Part shown: piece by piece, positions 19,938 to 29,814 of the stretch | How positions within the stretch are numbered: position 1 is the stretch's first letter | Layout of the letters: the number at the start of each line of letters is the position of its first letter | NCBI GenBank assembly: GCA_019352195.1 | Contig: JACAFG010000001.1 | Coordinates: forward strand, 130,485-194,484 | Reading direction: 5' to 3' | Length of the DNA: 64,000 nucleotides | Source: Candidatus Saccharimonadota bacterium | GTDB taxonomy: Bacteria > Patescibacteriota > Saccharimonadia > UBA4664 | Position numbers and translations under genes: made by a program | Notes under the pieces: model-generated | The model's input: the letters and a program-made list of their open reading frames with translations, nothing else | Database searches by the model: none | What the model was told of the DNA's origin: nothing

Positions 19938-20315
19938 CTAAAACGGGGACAGTCCGAGGAAGGTGGCACCACCTAGGATCGCCACAACAAGAATGACGAT
20001 CAGGGCAATCTCCGCCAGCAGATTGTTACGCGTGTGGTGCAAATACGGGTCATCGGTCTCGCTGGGCCGTGGTGGCTGCCGAAACCGTTTCGACGCCGCA
20101 GCCTCGCGAGCGAGAGCCGCTATGATTTGCTCGGGGCTATCGGGGCTATCGGGGCTATCGGGGTTGGATTGGTACGGATAGACCATGGTTGTTCCGTTTC
20201 GGACGAGGGCGGAAAATGGGCACGAGTTAAGATCGTACCGACTGATGATACCAAATTGCACAGGCTTGCCAGCTCCGAAATGTCCATCTTCAAACTTCGA
20301 CATATAGTATGACAA
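19938..20315 (-). CDS. Hypothetical protein with DSP tripeptide repeats and C-terminal TM helix
   Basis: The ORF contains the in-frame 9-bp tandem repeat encoding PDSPDSPDSP. The C-terminal hydrophobic segment is IALIVILVVAILGG. Confidence 0.45.
   Translation of the reverse strand: MSYYMSKFEDGHFGAGKPVQFGIISRYDLNSCPFSALVRNGTTMVYPYQSNPDSPDSPDSPEQIIAALAREAAASKRFRQPPRPSETDDPYLHHTRNNLLAEIALIVILVVAILGGATFLGLSPF
20132..20165. repeat. 9-bp tandem repeat (cggggctat) x3.7
   Basis: Direct tandem copies read in the sequence; in-frame within the minus-strand ORF. Confidence 0.9.
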
Positions 20316-20346
20316 AGGTCAATGTTTATGGTAAACTGAACTCATT

Positions 20347-21606
20347 ATGTTTGCAGATACGGCGACTATAGAAATTAAGGCAGGCAAGGGCGGCGATGGC
20401 CGCCTCTCGTTTCGTCACGAAAAATACCGGGCGATGGGCGGTCCGGATGGCGGCAATGGCGGCAAGGGTGGCGACGTTATTTTTCGGGTCGATCACAATA
20501 GCTCAACCTTGTCCTCGTATCGCACCGTTCGAATAATTGAGGCCGATGGTGGCGAAGCGGGTGGCGAAAACCAACGCGCCGGCAAGCAGGGCGCCGACAT
20601 CATCGTGCCGATGCCCCAAGGTACTCAGGTCTATTTAGGCGAAGAACTCATTGCTGACTTGTCTACGCCCGAAGGCCAGCTAGTTATGGCCAAAGGCGGT
20701 CGCGGCGGCTACGGCAACGCGCACTTCCAAAGCAGCAAGCGCCAAGCCCCGCGTATTAGCGAGCAAGGTGAAAGCGGTGAACACTTTAGCTTCCGACTTG
20801 AACTTAAATTGGTGGCCGACGTTGGCCTCATTGGCCTGCCCAATTCCGGGAAATCAACTCTCCTCTCAGTTATCTCGAATGCCCGGCCCGAAATTGCCGA
20901 CTATGCCTTTACCACGCTTATTCCCAACCTGGGAGTAGTTGATCACCGCGCCGGCGCTTTTTTGGCGGCCGATATTCCCGGCCTCATCGAAGGCGCAAGT
21001 GAAGGCAAAGGTCTGGGCGATGAATTTTTGCGGCATGTCGAACGTACGGCGGTGCTCATCCACCTTATCGATGCCGGCTCCGACGATGTCGCGCGCGACT
21101 ACAAAATTATTATGGCTGAACTTGCCGGCTACAAGGTCGACTTGTCCGATCGTCCGCAAATTGTCGCCTTGAGTAAAATTGATACCGTACCCGACGAGTG
21201 GTTAGCCGACGCCAAAGCCAAGCTTGAGGCTGCCTGCGGTCAAAGCGTCTTTGCCATGTCGGCGCAAGCCCATCTGGGCCTCAATGAGCTCCTCGACGCC
21301 GCCTCGCTGGCTGTAGCGACTGCCAGGGCCAATGTGGTTGAACCGGAAGACGAACTGCCCGTCATTGGCCTCGACAGTCTCACTGACACCTGGAGTGTTA
21401 CCGCCGAAGGCGAGGGAATCTTCCGTGTTACCGGCTCCACCATCGAAGGTTTTGCCAAGCGTACCAACTTTGACCAAGACGAAGGTGTCGGGCGTCTGCG
21501 GGATATTCTCAAGCGCCAAGGAATTGCCCGTGAATTGCGCCGGCAAGGCGCGCTTGACGGCGATATCATCCGCATTGGCGAAACCGAGCTCGCGTGGCTC
21601 GGCTAG
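20347..21606 (+). CDS. obg: GTPase Obg/CgtA
   Basis: The Gly-rich N-terminal Obg fold (KAGKGGDGRLSFRHEKY, GGNGGKGGDV) is followed by GTPase G1 GLPNSGKST and a C-terminal OCT-like domain. Confidence 0.9.
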   Translation: MFADTATIEIKAGKGGDGRLSFRHEKYRAMGGPDGGNGGKGGDVIFRVDHNSSTLSSYRTVRIIEADGGEAGGENQRAGKQGADIIVPMPQGTQVYLGEELIADLSTPEGQLVMAKGGRGGYGNAHFQSSKRQAPRISEQGESGEHFSFRLELKLVADVGLIGLPNSGKSTLLSVISNARPEIADYAFTTLIPNLGVVDHRAGAFLAADIPGLIEGASEGKGLGDEFLRHVERTAVLIHLIDAGSDDVARDYKIIMAELAGYKVDLSDRPQIVALSKIDTVPDEWLADAKAKLEAACGQSVFAMSAQAHLGLNELLDAASLAVATARANVVEPEDELPVIGLDSLTDTWSVTAEGEGIFRVTGSTIEGFAKRTNFDQDEGVGRLRDILKRQGIARELRRQGALDGDIIRIGETELAWLG

Positions 21607-21656
21607 TTCGGTTGACGGCCGCCCACTAATTGGCGAAAATGAGTCAGTCCCATTAC

Positions 21657-21732
21657 GGGGTTGTAGCTCATCTGGTAGAGCGCTGCATTCGCATTGCAGA
21701 GGTAAGGAGTTCGATCCTCCTCAACTCCACCA
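21657..21732 (+). tRNA. tRNA-Ala (anticodon CGC), CCA encoded
   Basis: Cloverleaf by eye: acceptor GGGGTTG/CAACTCC with the G3:U70 Ala identity pair, D-arm AGCTCATCTGGTAGAGC, anticodon stem CTGCA/TGCAG with loop TTCGCAT, and T-arm AGGAGTTCGATCCTCCT. Confidence 0.85.
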
Positions 21733-21937
21733 AAAGTCCTAATTGTCCGAAATATCCCTTTATCAAGCCACAATTAGGAGTTCGATTAAGATTACTAAGG
21801 TTACCTGGTGATCTTTTTCGTATGATTTTGAGGCTAGTTCGATTAGTGGCTCGTAAGGTGACCATGTGCCGGCGTACGCTGAGTTTTTGAGAATATTTAT
21901 TCTAAGCCAAGAGACGTGAATTTGTTATACTCGGTCC

Positions 21938-22441
21938 ATGGCTACATTTATTTTTGTTGCAGGTGCGCCAGGCGTCGGAAAATCTGTCGTTTCGGCAGCT
22001 TTGCGGCAGCGACTCGACAGTCCGTTATTCGAATTTGGCTGGATACCAGAGTTTCGCAATACGGGCCACACGCAAACGACGTATGAAGAAGATGAGGCAT
22101 TGGCGTTTGAGAATCTGGTACTTGTCGCCAAAAACTATGCCGCTCACAAGTATCAAAATGTCATAATTACTGATCTCGAGAACCATCGCATTGAGCAGCT
22201 CGACGAGGAATTCTCAGACTACAGCTATCACATTTTCACACTTCGACAAGTAGATGAAGACCTTCTGAAGAAGCAGATTCTCGATCAATCACGTTCCAGC
22301 GGGTATCGGGATTGGGAGCAGGCTCTCCGAATTAACAAAGACCTACTTGAGCGCGATCCACTCAAAAATGAATCATTTATTGATGTAGGTCAAAGAAGTA
22401 TTGAGGATGTGGTGGACGAGATAGAAGCCGCAATAAAGTAA
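21938..22441 (+). CDS. P-loop NTPase/kinase (AAA-type small kinase-like)
   Basis: Walker A GAPGVGKS at the N-terminus, 167 aa. Confidence 0.5.
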   Translation: MATFIFVAGAPGVGKSVVSAALRQRLDSPLFEFGWIPEFRNTGHTQTTYEEDEALAFENLVLVAKNYAAHKYQNVIITDLENHRIEQLDEEFSDYSYHIFTLRQVDEDLLKKQILDQSRSSGYRDWEQALRINKDLLERDPLKNESFIDVGQRSIEDVVDEIEAAIK

Positions 22442-22477
22442 GCTCGCGCCCTATCGCGTTAAGAACAACTGAAGGTT

Positions 22478-22600
22478 CATTTAGCGTTCATTCGGCGATC
22501 GCATCTCAACCCCAGCCGTCTTCAGCATTCGCCACACCGTCGACCCGTCCACCCCAAACTTGTCGCCGAGCGGCGCAAGTGACCAGCCATACCAAACGGC
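22478..22600 (-). pseudogene. Truncated duplicate of the C-terminus of the HTH gene at 23710..24135
   Basis: About 125 bp is roughly 80-85% identical to 23726..23850. It would encode ...WSLAPLGDKFGVDGSTVWRMLKTAGVEMRSPNER, and the upstream part of the gene is absent. Confidence 0.6.
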
Positions 22601-22655
22601 TCGGCAGCAGAGCAAATAGTGGGAATTGCTGCCAAGTGGTACTATTTATACACTT

Positions 22656-23672
22656 ATGGCCAGACGATTACACGAACTACTTTTAGGCATAGTTCTGGCC
22701 GCTGCCTGTATGATGTCGCAGCCTGTAATTGCAAGCTCGTTCGCTAGTGGACCTACCGGACCTTCCGTCAACGGCATATTTACCGGGAAGTTCATCGTAA
22801 ACTTCAATTTTGCCTATACCGGCTCGGGACAGTACCTCTCGGCAGGTAATAACTATTATGGCGGCCAGGAGGAATATAGCTGTAATCTCAGTCCTGGCCA
22901 GTGTAGTATTTTTGGCTACCAAGGCACGCATCATTACAAGGTCTGGCAGAATGCCTCAGGAGATCTTTACTATGATCTCGACGATAAGTGTGGCAATAAC
23001 TGTGGGCAGATTGCAGGATCGGCGAGTGATGCCCCCGGGGTGGCGCAGGTTCTTTTCGATCAAGTAATAGTGATAGACGAAACGCCTCCCGTTGTATCGA
23101 TTACGTCGCCTACAAATAATGCAAATACGTCCGCACCTGCAATTAGCGTTACTGGAATAGTATCGGATGGGAATGAGTCAGGCGTCGCAAGTGTAAAAGT
23201 AAATGGCGTAAATGCAACAATCTCTGGTTCAGGCTTTAGCGCCACAGTTCCACTGACGACGGGCCTAAACACGGTCACCGTGTTGGCATCGGACAAAGCA
23301 GGGCACCAATCATCAACACAAATTACAGTTTTGCGGCAGGCAGGCTCATCGGTTTCGGGAGGAAGCACCAGTGGAACGAACAAACTAACCGAAACACAGT
23401 CTCCGATAAAACAAGTCCCGGTGGCGCAAGGCGACGTCAGCGCTGCTAATTCTGCCACGCCTCAAGCGGTGGTGGTATCGAAATCGAAGAAAAATATCTT
23501 GGTACAGGCAGCAACTTACGGAGGCCTAGCATTAGCCGGGTCATTGCTACTAACATTTTTGATCTTAGTCATTCTCTTTGTACTAAACAGATTCTCTATC
23601 ATAAAAGTGGAGTTCCCGAATAACGTCAGTCCAAATAATCGGGAAAAACAATTACCACCCCGATCGAAGTAG
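22656..23672 (+). CDS. Cell-surface protein with signal peptide, Ig-like (Big/CARDB-like) domain and C-terminal TM anchor
   Basis: Signal peptide MARRLHELLLGIVLAAACMMSQPVIASS, a beta-rich repeat domain (PPVVSITSP...GVASVKVNGVNATISGSGFSATVPL...TVLASDKAGHQSS), a Ser/Gly linker and a C-terminal hydrophobic anchor. Confidence 0.6.
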   Translation: MARRLHELLLGIVLAAACMMSQPVIASSFASGPTGPSVNGIFTGKFIVNFNFAYTGSGQYLSAGNNYYGGQEEYSCNLSPGQCSIFGYQGTHHYKVWQNASGDLYYDLDDKCGNNCGQIAGSASDAPGVAQVLFDQVIVIDETPPVVSITSPTNNANTSAPAISVTGIVSDGNESGVASVKVNGVNATISGSGFSATVPLTTGLNTVTVLASDKAGHQSSTQITVLRQAGSSVSGGSTSGTNKLTETQSPIKQVPVAQGDVSAANSATPQAVVVSKSKKNILVQAATYGGLALAGSLLLTFLILVILFVLNRFSIIKVEFPNNVSPNNREKQLPPRSK

Positions 23673-23709
23673 GTGCCAAGCTAAGGTTGGCAACATGCAG
23701 TAAATTGCG

Positions 23710-24135
23710 TCAACCGTCGCGGTGCCGTTCGTTCGGCGATCGCATCTCAACCCCAGCCGCCTTCAGCGCCCGCCCCACCGTCGTCCCGTCCACGCTAAAC
23801 TTCTTGCCGAGCCGCACCAGCGACCAGCCGTCGCGGTAGAGCTGCGCGGCCGCCTCGACGTCATCTGGCCTGAGGCCGGGCTGGCGAATCTCCACGTTGT
23901 AGCGGGTGAGCACAGCCGTGACGGTGTGCCGGTGGACGCCAAACCGGTGAGCCAGTTCCTTGACGCTCATCCCCTGGAGGTAGGCCGTGATGAGTTGCGA
24001 CGACTGGCTATCATCGAGACGGCGCTGATGGTGCCTTACACGCCCGGGAACCTCCACCCGCTGCTCGGCCAGCGCGATCAAACGTACGCTGACAAGCGGT
24101 TTTGACCGAAAACGGGGGTTGCAGTAGTGGCTCAT
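23710..24135 (-). CDS. Helix-turn-helix DNA-binding protein with two HTH motifs, mobile-element-associated type
   Basis: LQGMSVKELAHRFGVHRHTVTAVL and DGWSLVRLGKKFSVDGTTVGRAL are two HTH motifs. ATG at 24135 is preceded by GGAGG. The region is GC-rich compared with its surroundings. Confidence 0.55.
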   Translation of the reverse strand: MSHYCNPRFRSKPLVSVRLIALAEQRVEVPGRVRHHQRRLDDSQSSQLITAYLQGMSVKELAHRFGVHRHTVTAVLTRYNVEIRQPGLRPDDVEAAAQLYRDGWSLVRLGKKFSVDGTTVGRALKAAGVEMRSPNERHRDG

Positions 24136-24146
24136 AACCTCCACCA

Positions 24147-24181
24147 AAATGAAAACCGGACTTATGTCCGGTTTTCATTTT
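24147..24181. terminator. Perfect 16-bp inverted repeat hairpin (aaaatgaaaaccggac-ttat-gtccggttttcatttt)
   Basis: Read directly in the sequence. Flanked by A-run and T-run, so it could terminate in both directions. Confidence 0.6.
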
Positions 24182-24477
24182 GGTGTGCAATAAAGAATGG
24201 ATCGAGGTGGTTAGTTCAGTGACTGCAGGTCACGCACATTCGTCAATTCTTGTACGTGAGGTTTGACTACCGATCAAACCGTTTCCGCCACTGTGCTACA
24301 GTATTCATTGATACGGATACTTATAGATGAAAAGTTCGCTGGCTGCAAAGCTAGCGAACATTCATCGAGCGTGGCGTTACATTTGATGCATCGGACACTT
24401 GTGGTCATCGCACAGTGGTGCGCCGCAGACGAAACTACCGGCATTGTTACATCCCCGTGGGGCCTGATGGTCGCCAC

Positions 24478-25041
24478 TTACGATGCAGTATTGGCTTTGA
24501 TGCTCGGCACAAACGATCGTGCCATTTGCAGTAGGCTTGTGGCACGCCCCTGACCATGCGGGTTGGTAAACGCACTGATGATTGGTGATTTCTGCCGCCC
24601 GCGTTCCCGTTGCGATCTTTTGTGCCGCGCGGTGACAAGCTTCAAGCACTCTGGCTCCATACAATAATGGAGATTTCGGTCAGCACTCTCGTAAAGGTTT
24701 CTTCCGCCGAACGACTGCCAACCGCAGTGGGCACAGATCTCAGCATCGGGCGGAAAACCCGGCTCACTGCTTGATACGATCGTCGTACCGCGCCGGATTT
24801 TTAGATCGGGCAAGTCTTGCTGTGGCTGTAACCAGCCTCTCGGATTTGAACAGCCGTAGACTTCTCGGTAGCGGGCCAACTCGGTGGTCAAAATCAGACG
24901 CAATGTTGGCTCAGTAATGGACTCTAAAGCTAGTACATCACCGAAATGAGCGTGGAAATACTGGTGCGCACGTGGCGCACCACAAACAATACTTAGCTGA
25001 TAACTCGGCATGGTGCGCCGTTCGTAGTCGGGGCATACCAT
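24478..25041 (-). CDS. Hypothetical Cys/His-rich protein
   Basis: 187-aa ORF in the GC-rich islet with Cys clusters (CAHCGW, CMEPEC). It overlaps another Cys-rich ORF (24377..24664) in a different frame, so the true coding frame is uncertain. Confidence 0.35.
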   Translation of the reverse strand: MVCPDYERRTMPSYQLSIVCGAPRAHQYFHAHFGDVLALESITEPTLRLILTTELARYREVYGCSNPRGWLQPQQDLPDLKIRRGTTIVSSSEPGFPPDAEICAHCGWQSFGGRNLYESADRNLHYCMEPECLKLVTARHKRSQRERGRQKSPIISAFTNPHGQGRATSLLQMARSFVPSIKANTAS

Positions 25042-25555
25042 GCATACTATACAATACTAAGACCAAAGTTACAAGTTTTGTGACGCAGCGAGATCATAAT
25101 TCGCATCTCGAGCGATGCTGGCCCGTAGTACCTTAATTGAACGAAGGCATTCTCCTCATCTCAACCCTCAATAAAGATCAAATGGTGGTGCAGTTCTGCT
25201 TTTTTCAGGCCAAAGAATAAGCCTAAGCAGGAGAGCCTATCATCATTCTTCTTATGTCATTGCAACTTTTTCGTCTCGTGGGGTAAGGTGGTGGGGCATA
25301 AATGCCTGTACTAATATCAAGCACGCTAGTTATTGAAAATCTTACCAATTACCCTATCATGAGCAGCCTCAAGAAAATATATAAGGCCTCATTCGTTGCT
25401 GAGTTTTCCATTTCGGCGAGCCTCACGATTATTGGAATTGCGTTCTATTTCACCGGTTTTACTGAGAACAGCCGTAATTGCTGGTTAACAGCGATGCTGA
25501 GTTTGATGCTAGCAACCATTAATTACGCTACTGAAAATAGAGTCAGAGATTAGGG

Positions 25556-26902
25556 CTACAAAAACGACGCGAGTAAAGCGATCGCAAACACTCCCATAAC
25601 GATAAATGCTGCCCAAAGACCGATTCGGGACCACATGCCACTCTTATACTCACCCATGATGTCCGGTCGACTTGAAATACGCGCTATGAGATAAATAAGT
25701 GGCACGGCAGCAATGCCATTGAAGACGGCTGTTAGAACGAGAGCTTTCATTGGGTCTAAGCCTACAAAATTGAATAACAGGCCAACCAGCGTACCTAAAA
25801 TTATGATGATATAGAATTCGCGAGCTTGTTTGAACTTGCGAAAGAGGCCCTCCTTCCAGTTAAATGTCTCTGACACGGCGTAGGAAGAGGATCCAGCAAG
25901 TACCGGAATACTCTGTAAGCCAATCCCAATGATACCGACGCTGAAAATCAATTTGGCCCAAAGGCCTGCGTTCGGAAAGGTATGAACCAACGGCTCAAGC
26001 GCCCGTGCGGCATCGGCGGCCGTGGTGATATTGGTTATACCCGACTGGTTAAGAACCACGGCTCCGACAATCATAATGAACCACGCTGCTACATTCGAAA
26101 ACAACATACCGAGAGCAGTATCAATTCTAAGCCGCTTCAAATAGGGGTGAGACATACGCGGGATCCCGCCCTTTTGGTTGACACGGTGCTCCGCGATTTC
26201 ATCTTCCACCACATTGCTCGTTTGCCAGAAAAACAAATATGGCGAGATTGTTGTCCCAAAGATAGCTACAATGATGAACAAAAATTCTTTATTGAATTCA
26301 AGATGAGGAACAAACGTAGCACGTATCGCCTCTCCCCACGGAACATTAATCAAGAATGCAGTGATCGGATATGAAAGCAGGGCGATGGCCAGCCATTTCA
26401 AAATTCGTACGTAAGTTTTGTAAGGTACAAATATTTCTAGGATCAAAATAAAGAGAGCAAAGGCTACAGCCAATAATCCAAAGGGAACCGCTGGCAATAA
26501 CAGCTGAGTACTTGCAGCCATTGCGCCAATGTCAGAGCCAATATTAAAAGTATTAGCTGCTACCACTAATAATACGACGGGTAAAAGAACTTTTTTGGGG
26601 TAGTGTTCACGCACTGCCTCAGCAAGACCTTTACCAGTGACGGCACCAACTCGCGCGCATGCCTCCTGGACTGCGGTCATGAGTGGAAAAGTAAGAAGCA
26701 TGGTCCATAGCAAGCCAAAACCGAATTGTGCTCCAGCTTGCGAGTAGGTTGCGATCCCCGACGGATCGTCGTCGGCAGCACCGGTAACAATTCCAGGGCC
26801 TAGTATTCTGAGGAACCTGCTGAAGCCTTTCTTTTCCGCCTTACGTTTTAAGATGGCTGGATTTTGTGCTTCAGCGATCGCTTCGTCTGGTAATTCAATC
26901 AT
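25556..26902 (-). CDS. mntH: NRAMP-family divalent metal (Mn2+/Fe2+) transporter
   Basis: GPGIVTGAADDDPSGIATYSQAGAQFG is the Nramp consensus, with about 11 predicted TM helices. 448 aa. Confidence 0.9.
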   Translation of the reverse strand: MIELPDEAIAEAQNPAILKRKAEKKGFSRFLRILGPGIVTGAADDDPSGIATYSQAGAQFGFGLLWTMLLTFPLMTAVQEACARVGAVTGKGLAEAVREHYPKKVLLPVVLLVVAANTFNIGSDIGAMAASTQLLLPAVPFGLLAVAFALFILILEIFVPYKTYVRILKWLAIALLSYPITAFLINVPWGEAIRATFVPHLEFNKEFLFIIVAIFGTTISPYLFFWQTSNVVEDEIAEHRVNQKGGIPRMSHPYLKRLRIDTALGMLFSNVAAWFIMIVGAVVLNQSGITNITTAADAARALEPLVHTFPNAGLWAKLIFSVGIIGIGLQSIPVLAGSSSYAVSETFNWKEGLFRKFKQAREFYIIIILGTLVGLLFNFVGLDPMKALVLTAVFNGIAAVPLIYLIARISSRPDIMGEYKSGMWSRIGLWAAFIVMGVFAIALLASFL

Positions 26903-27168
26903 GATCGAAGCATAAGTATAATGAATCGTTTTGTCGAGAAGTCGGAATAAAATCTCACCACATGTGCCTTCATTCTGATGTAATCCAACTGTGCCCTCGC
27001 GCGCTCCAAACCGATAGCAAAAACGTTCTAGACAGTACTTATTCCAAAGAAATACTGATGTCTATGAATAGTCACACACGTCGCTCACGCAGTATTTTCC
27101 TCTTAACTAAGCTCATGTAGGTTTTCAAAACTACTGGCCGAGTCCTTTTACCTTGCTATACTTTTCGC

Positions 27169-27615
27169 ATGCGTAACCGTGCCTCCGCCATAGTGATAAA
27201 AGACGGCTGTATTGCTCTCGTCCACCGTCTCATAGCCGGCGAAGATTATTACGTGTTTCCGGGAGGCGGTATCGATGAGGGCGAAACTCCCGATCAGGCC
27301 GCCGTGCGCGAGCTCATGGAAGAAACCAGCCTTACGGGCGAGATCATCAAATTAGTCGCTCACACTACGCTCAAAGGCATTGTAGACAACAGCTATTTCT
27401 TGTGTCGCTACGTAAGCGGGGAACCAGAGTTAGGCAACTTCAATGAGCGGGCCAAAATGGACGCTGGTGCCGACGATCGTTATGAACCCATGTGGGTGAG
27501 CATGTCAGCACTACCGGCCAATTTGTATCCCGAATCCATTCGTGCGTGGCTGCTTGAGGCCATAAAATCAGATTTTGATGGGCCGGCCTTCGTCACGATT
27601 AAGAATCCTGCTTAG
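27169..27615 (+). CDS. NUDIX hydrolase
   Basis: Nudix box GGGIDEGETPDQAAVRELMEETSL (GX5EX7REUXEEXGU). Confidence 0.85.
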   Translation: MRNRASAIVIKDGCIALVHRLIAGEDYYVFPGGGIDEGETPDQAAVRELMEETSLTGEIIKLVAHTTLKGIVDNSYFLCRYVSGEPELGNFNERAKMDAGADDRYEPMWVSMSALPANLYPESIRAWLLEAIKSDFDGPAFVTIKNPA

Positions 27616-27865
27616 CTCTCCCAGGCCAATTCGGTATATAATTCTCAAAGAATCAATCACAAAGAGGTGGCCCAATGTTGTTTTTCGGACTGTTTATTCT
27701 GATCGTACTGCCGATCTTTTTGTGGTTTTGTATTAGTTTGCTGAAGAAAAATCCGGACCTGAATGGCAATCCGGCTACCAAGTTTATTATTGCCATCTTT
27801 TACCTCTTTGGTGGCATGGCGGTGCTTACGGACCTCATCATCATTGCTCACTTGCTCAAGCTTAT

Positions 27866-28448
27866 TTAGCGGCTACGCTTAGGAATAAGTCCTGCTAGAG
27901 CTAAAATAAGCGCAACTACACTCAGCGCCAAAGCGGCGTCAGTTTTGGTACTAGTGGCCGCCGTGGAAGCGCCAGTGGTCAAATCGTCCACCACGCTGGT
28001 TGTGGAGTAGGGCGTAAAGCTGTCATTACCGGATCCGTTGGGGATTTGATCCCACGCCGTCACGCTGCCATCAGCATACATTTGGTACGCCTTCCAGTTG
28101 AGGGTTGTTGGCGTTGCCGGCACCTGTGCCCCAAAGCTAAAGTCGTCACGTTGGCCCACAGGTATACTGCCTCCCATCCAATCGATTTCGGTGATTGTAT
28201 TGCCCGAGCTTTGGGTGATAATAGTCCAGCCCGGTTTTACCGTAGGGCTTACTTCTTTTAAGCCGCCGGGGACAACTAGGCGAAGCCCAGTGACTGCAAC
28301 TTGTTTTTCGTTTGGCACGCTGGTCGAAAATACTAGTTCGCTAGCCACGTCCGCTTGGGCCGGGGTTACTACGACGTGCGCCGAGGCAGTTGCGGGCAAT
28401 AAGGCAACCATTACTAAGAGTGAAGCGATCAACATTCGTCGATACATA
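27866..28448 (-). CDS. YcnI-like (DUF1775) secreted copper-binding protein with C-terminal TM anchor
   Basis: Signal peptide ends ...PATASA|HVVV, so the mature N-terminus is His. A beta-rich DUF1775-like core and a C-terminal hydrophobic anchor (LALSVVALILALAGLI) follow. Start reassigned to ATG 28448. Confidence 0.5.
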
Positions 28449-28545
28449 TGAGTCCTTTGGGTTCGTAAAAGTTGTATGCAAACTATGTAACTACTCCTAA
28501 GAATATCAGGGCGCGACATAGTTCACACATAAATCACAATTTCCT

Positions 28546-28575
28546 TTGACAAGCCCGCGACATACGTCCATAGTA
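28546..28575 (+). promoter_or_regulatory. Candidate sigma70-like promoter (TTGACA-N17-CATAGT) directly upstream of ATG 28576
   Basis: A perfect -35 hexamer is read in the sequence but the -10 is weak. The transcript would be near-leaderless. Confidence 0.25.
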
Positions 28576-29337
28576 ATGGCAAAGCATAACAGGTTTCAAA
28601 AACTGCTTATGAAGCAGATCTTTCTTTCACTTGGTCTCTGCTCACTCCTAAGTTTAGTGGGTATCGCTGGCGTTTCGGCGCTTAGTGTGGGCACTGCTGC
28701 GGCTGCTACCAACCCCAATTGTACTTCCAACGGTCCCGATCCAAGCCTAGGTACCGACTTTGTTACCTATAGCATTCCTACCGCCGGCACGTATACCATT
28801 TGGACGCGCATGATGGCCGATGTGCCCACCGATAACTCGTACTATTTGCAAATAGATTGTGGCGCACCTATTAGCGTGGGTGGTACCAACCTCACCGCAG
28901 GTGCTTGGTCTTGGGTTGATTACAAGGATGGCAACACCTCAACCAAGATTACGGCCACGCTCAGCGCTGGCAGCCACACCTTTAATCTCACTGGCGAAGC
29001 TCCCAACGTTATTGTCGACCGGGTGATATTTGCGACCGATCCCACCTGTGTGCCGACGAGCACCGGTGACAACTGTGCTATAGCTGCCACGGCGACACCC
29101 ACTGTTACACCCACGCCCGCCCCCACAGCTACGGCCACCCCAACGCCAACCGCTTCGGCTACACCGACACCATCGGGAGTTACCGGTGACGTTAACGGCG
29201 ACAGCCGTGTCAACGTAGTCGACCTTTCGCTCCTGCTCGGTAAGTGGAATACCAACTACGCATCAACCGACCTCAACCGCGATGGCACGGTCAACGTTAT
29301 CGACCTATCGATTCTTCTCGGACACTGGACTGGTTGA
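28576..29337 (+). CDS. Secreted protein with beta-sandwich N-domain, Pro/Thr linker and C-terminal dockerin-like double Ca-binding repeat
   Basis: Signal peptide MKQIFLSLGLCSLLSLVGIAGVSA. Linker TPTVTPTPAPTATATPTPTASATPTPS. Dockerin type-I-like repeats DVNGDSRVNVVDLSLLLG and DLNRDGTVNVIDLSILLG. Confidence 0.6.
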   Translation: MAKHNRFQKLLMKQIFLSLGLCSLLSLVGIAGVSALSVGTAAAATNPNCTSNGPDPSLGTDFVTYSIPTAGTYTIWTRMMADVPTDNSYYLQIDCGAPISVGGTNLTAGAWSWVDYKDGNTSTKITATLSAGSHTFNLTGEAPNVIVDRVIFATDPTCVPTSTGDNCAIAATATPTVTPTPAPTATATPTPTASATPTPSGVTGDVNGDSRVNVVDLSLLLGKWNTNYASTDLNRDGTVNVIDLSILLGHWTG

Positions 29338-29478
29338 GCAGGCTGTTGTTAGGTCCTCCCGCCACGTACAAATCGATCATTCCTCGCCACAATCGACGAT
29401 CCAAATTTGTCAGCGCAGTAAATGATTCGCAAATGAGATGGCTTTGCTGTAGCATAAGCGATAACAATAGGAATCAAC

Positions 29479-29652
29479 ATGGCAAAAAAGTCTGACAATT
29501 TCCTGGCTGATATCACCAAACCAAAGATAAAACACCTGAGCTACTTAGACGGACTTCGTTTTGGCTTAGGCTTTGGTGTAGGCATCCTTATCCTTTTTAG
29601 CTTGCTTGGTGCTGTGGCATGGGGCGTAATTTACTTCCTCCACATTCACTAG
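29479..29652 (+). CDS. Small (57 aa) membrane protein, not in the supplied ORF track
   Basis: ATG...TAG ORF encoding MAKKSDNFLADITKPKIKHLSYLDGLRFGLGFGVGILILFSLLGAVAWGVIYFLHIH, with one TM helix. Confidence 0.35.
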   Translation: MAKKSDNFLADITKPKIKHLSYLDGLRFGLGFGVGILILFSLLGAVAWGVIYFLHIH

Positions 29653-29738
29653 GCTTGCCCTAAAGCGCTATTTTTGGTAATCTTTTCGGGTACTTTAGCC
29701 GCTATAGGCGCCTCATAAACAAATAATCCCACAGCTGT

Positions 29739-29814
<76 letters not shown>

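Noticed and set aside
21740-21900. tRNA-like T-arm fragments (ggagttcgattaag, ctagttcgattag) downstream of tRNA-Ala(CGC)
   Set aside because: No complete cloverleaf can be built (no acceptor or anticodon stems). They are treated as possible decayed duplications, not tRNA genes.
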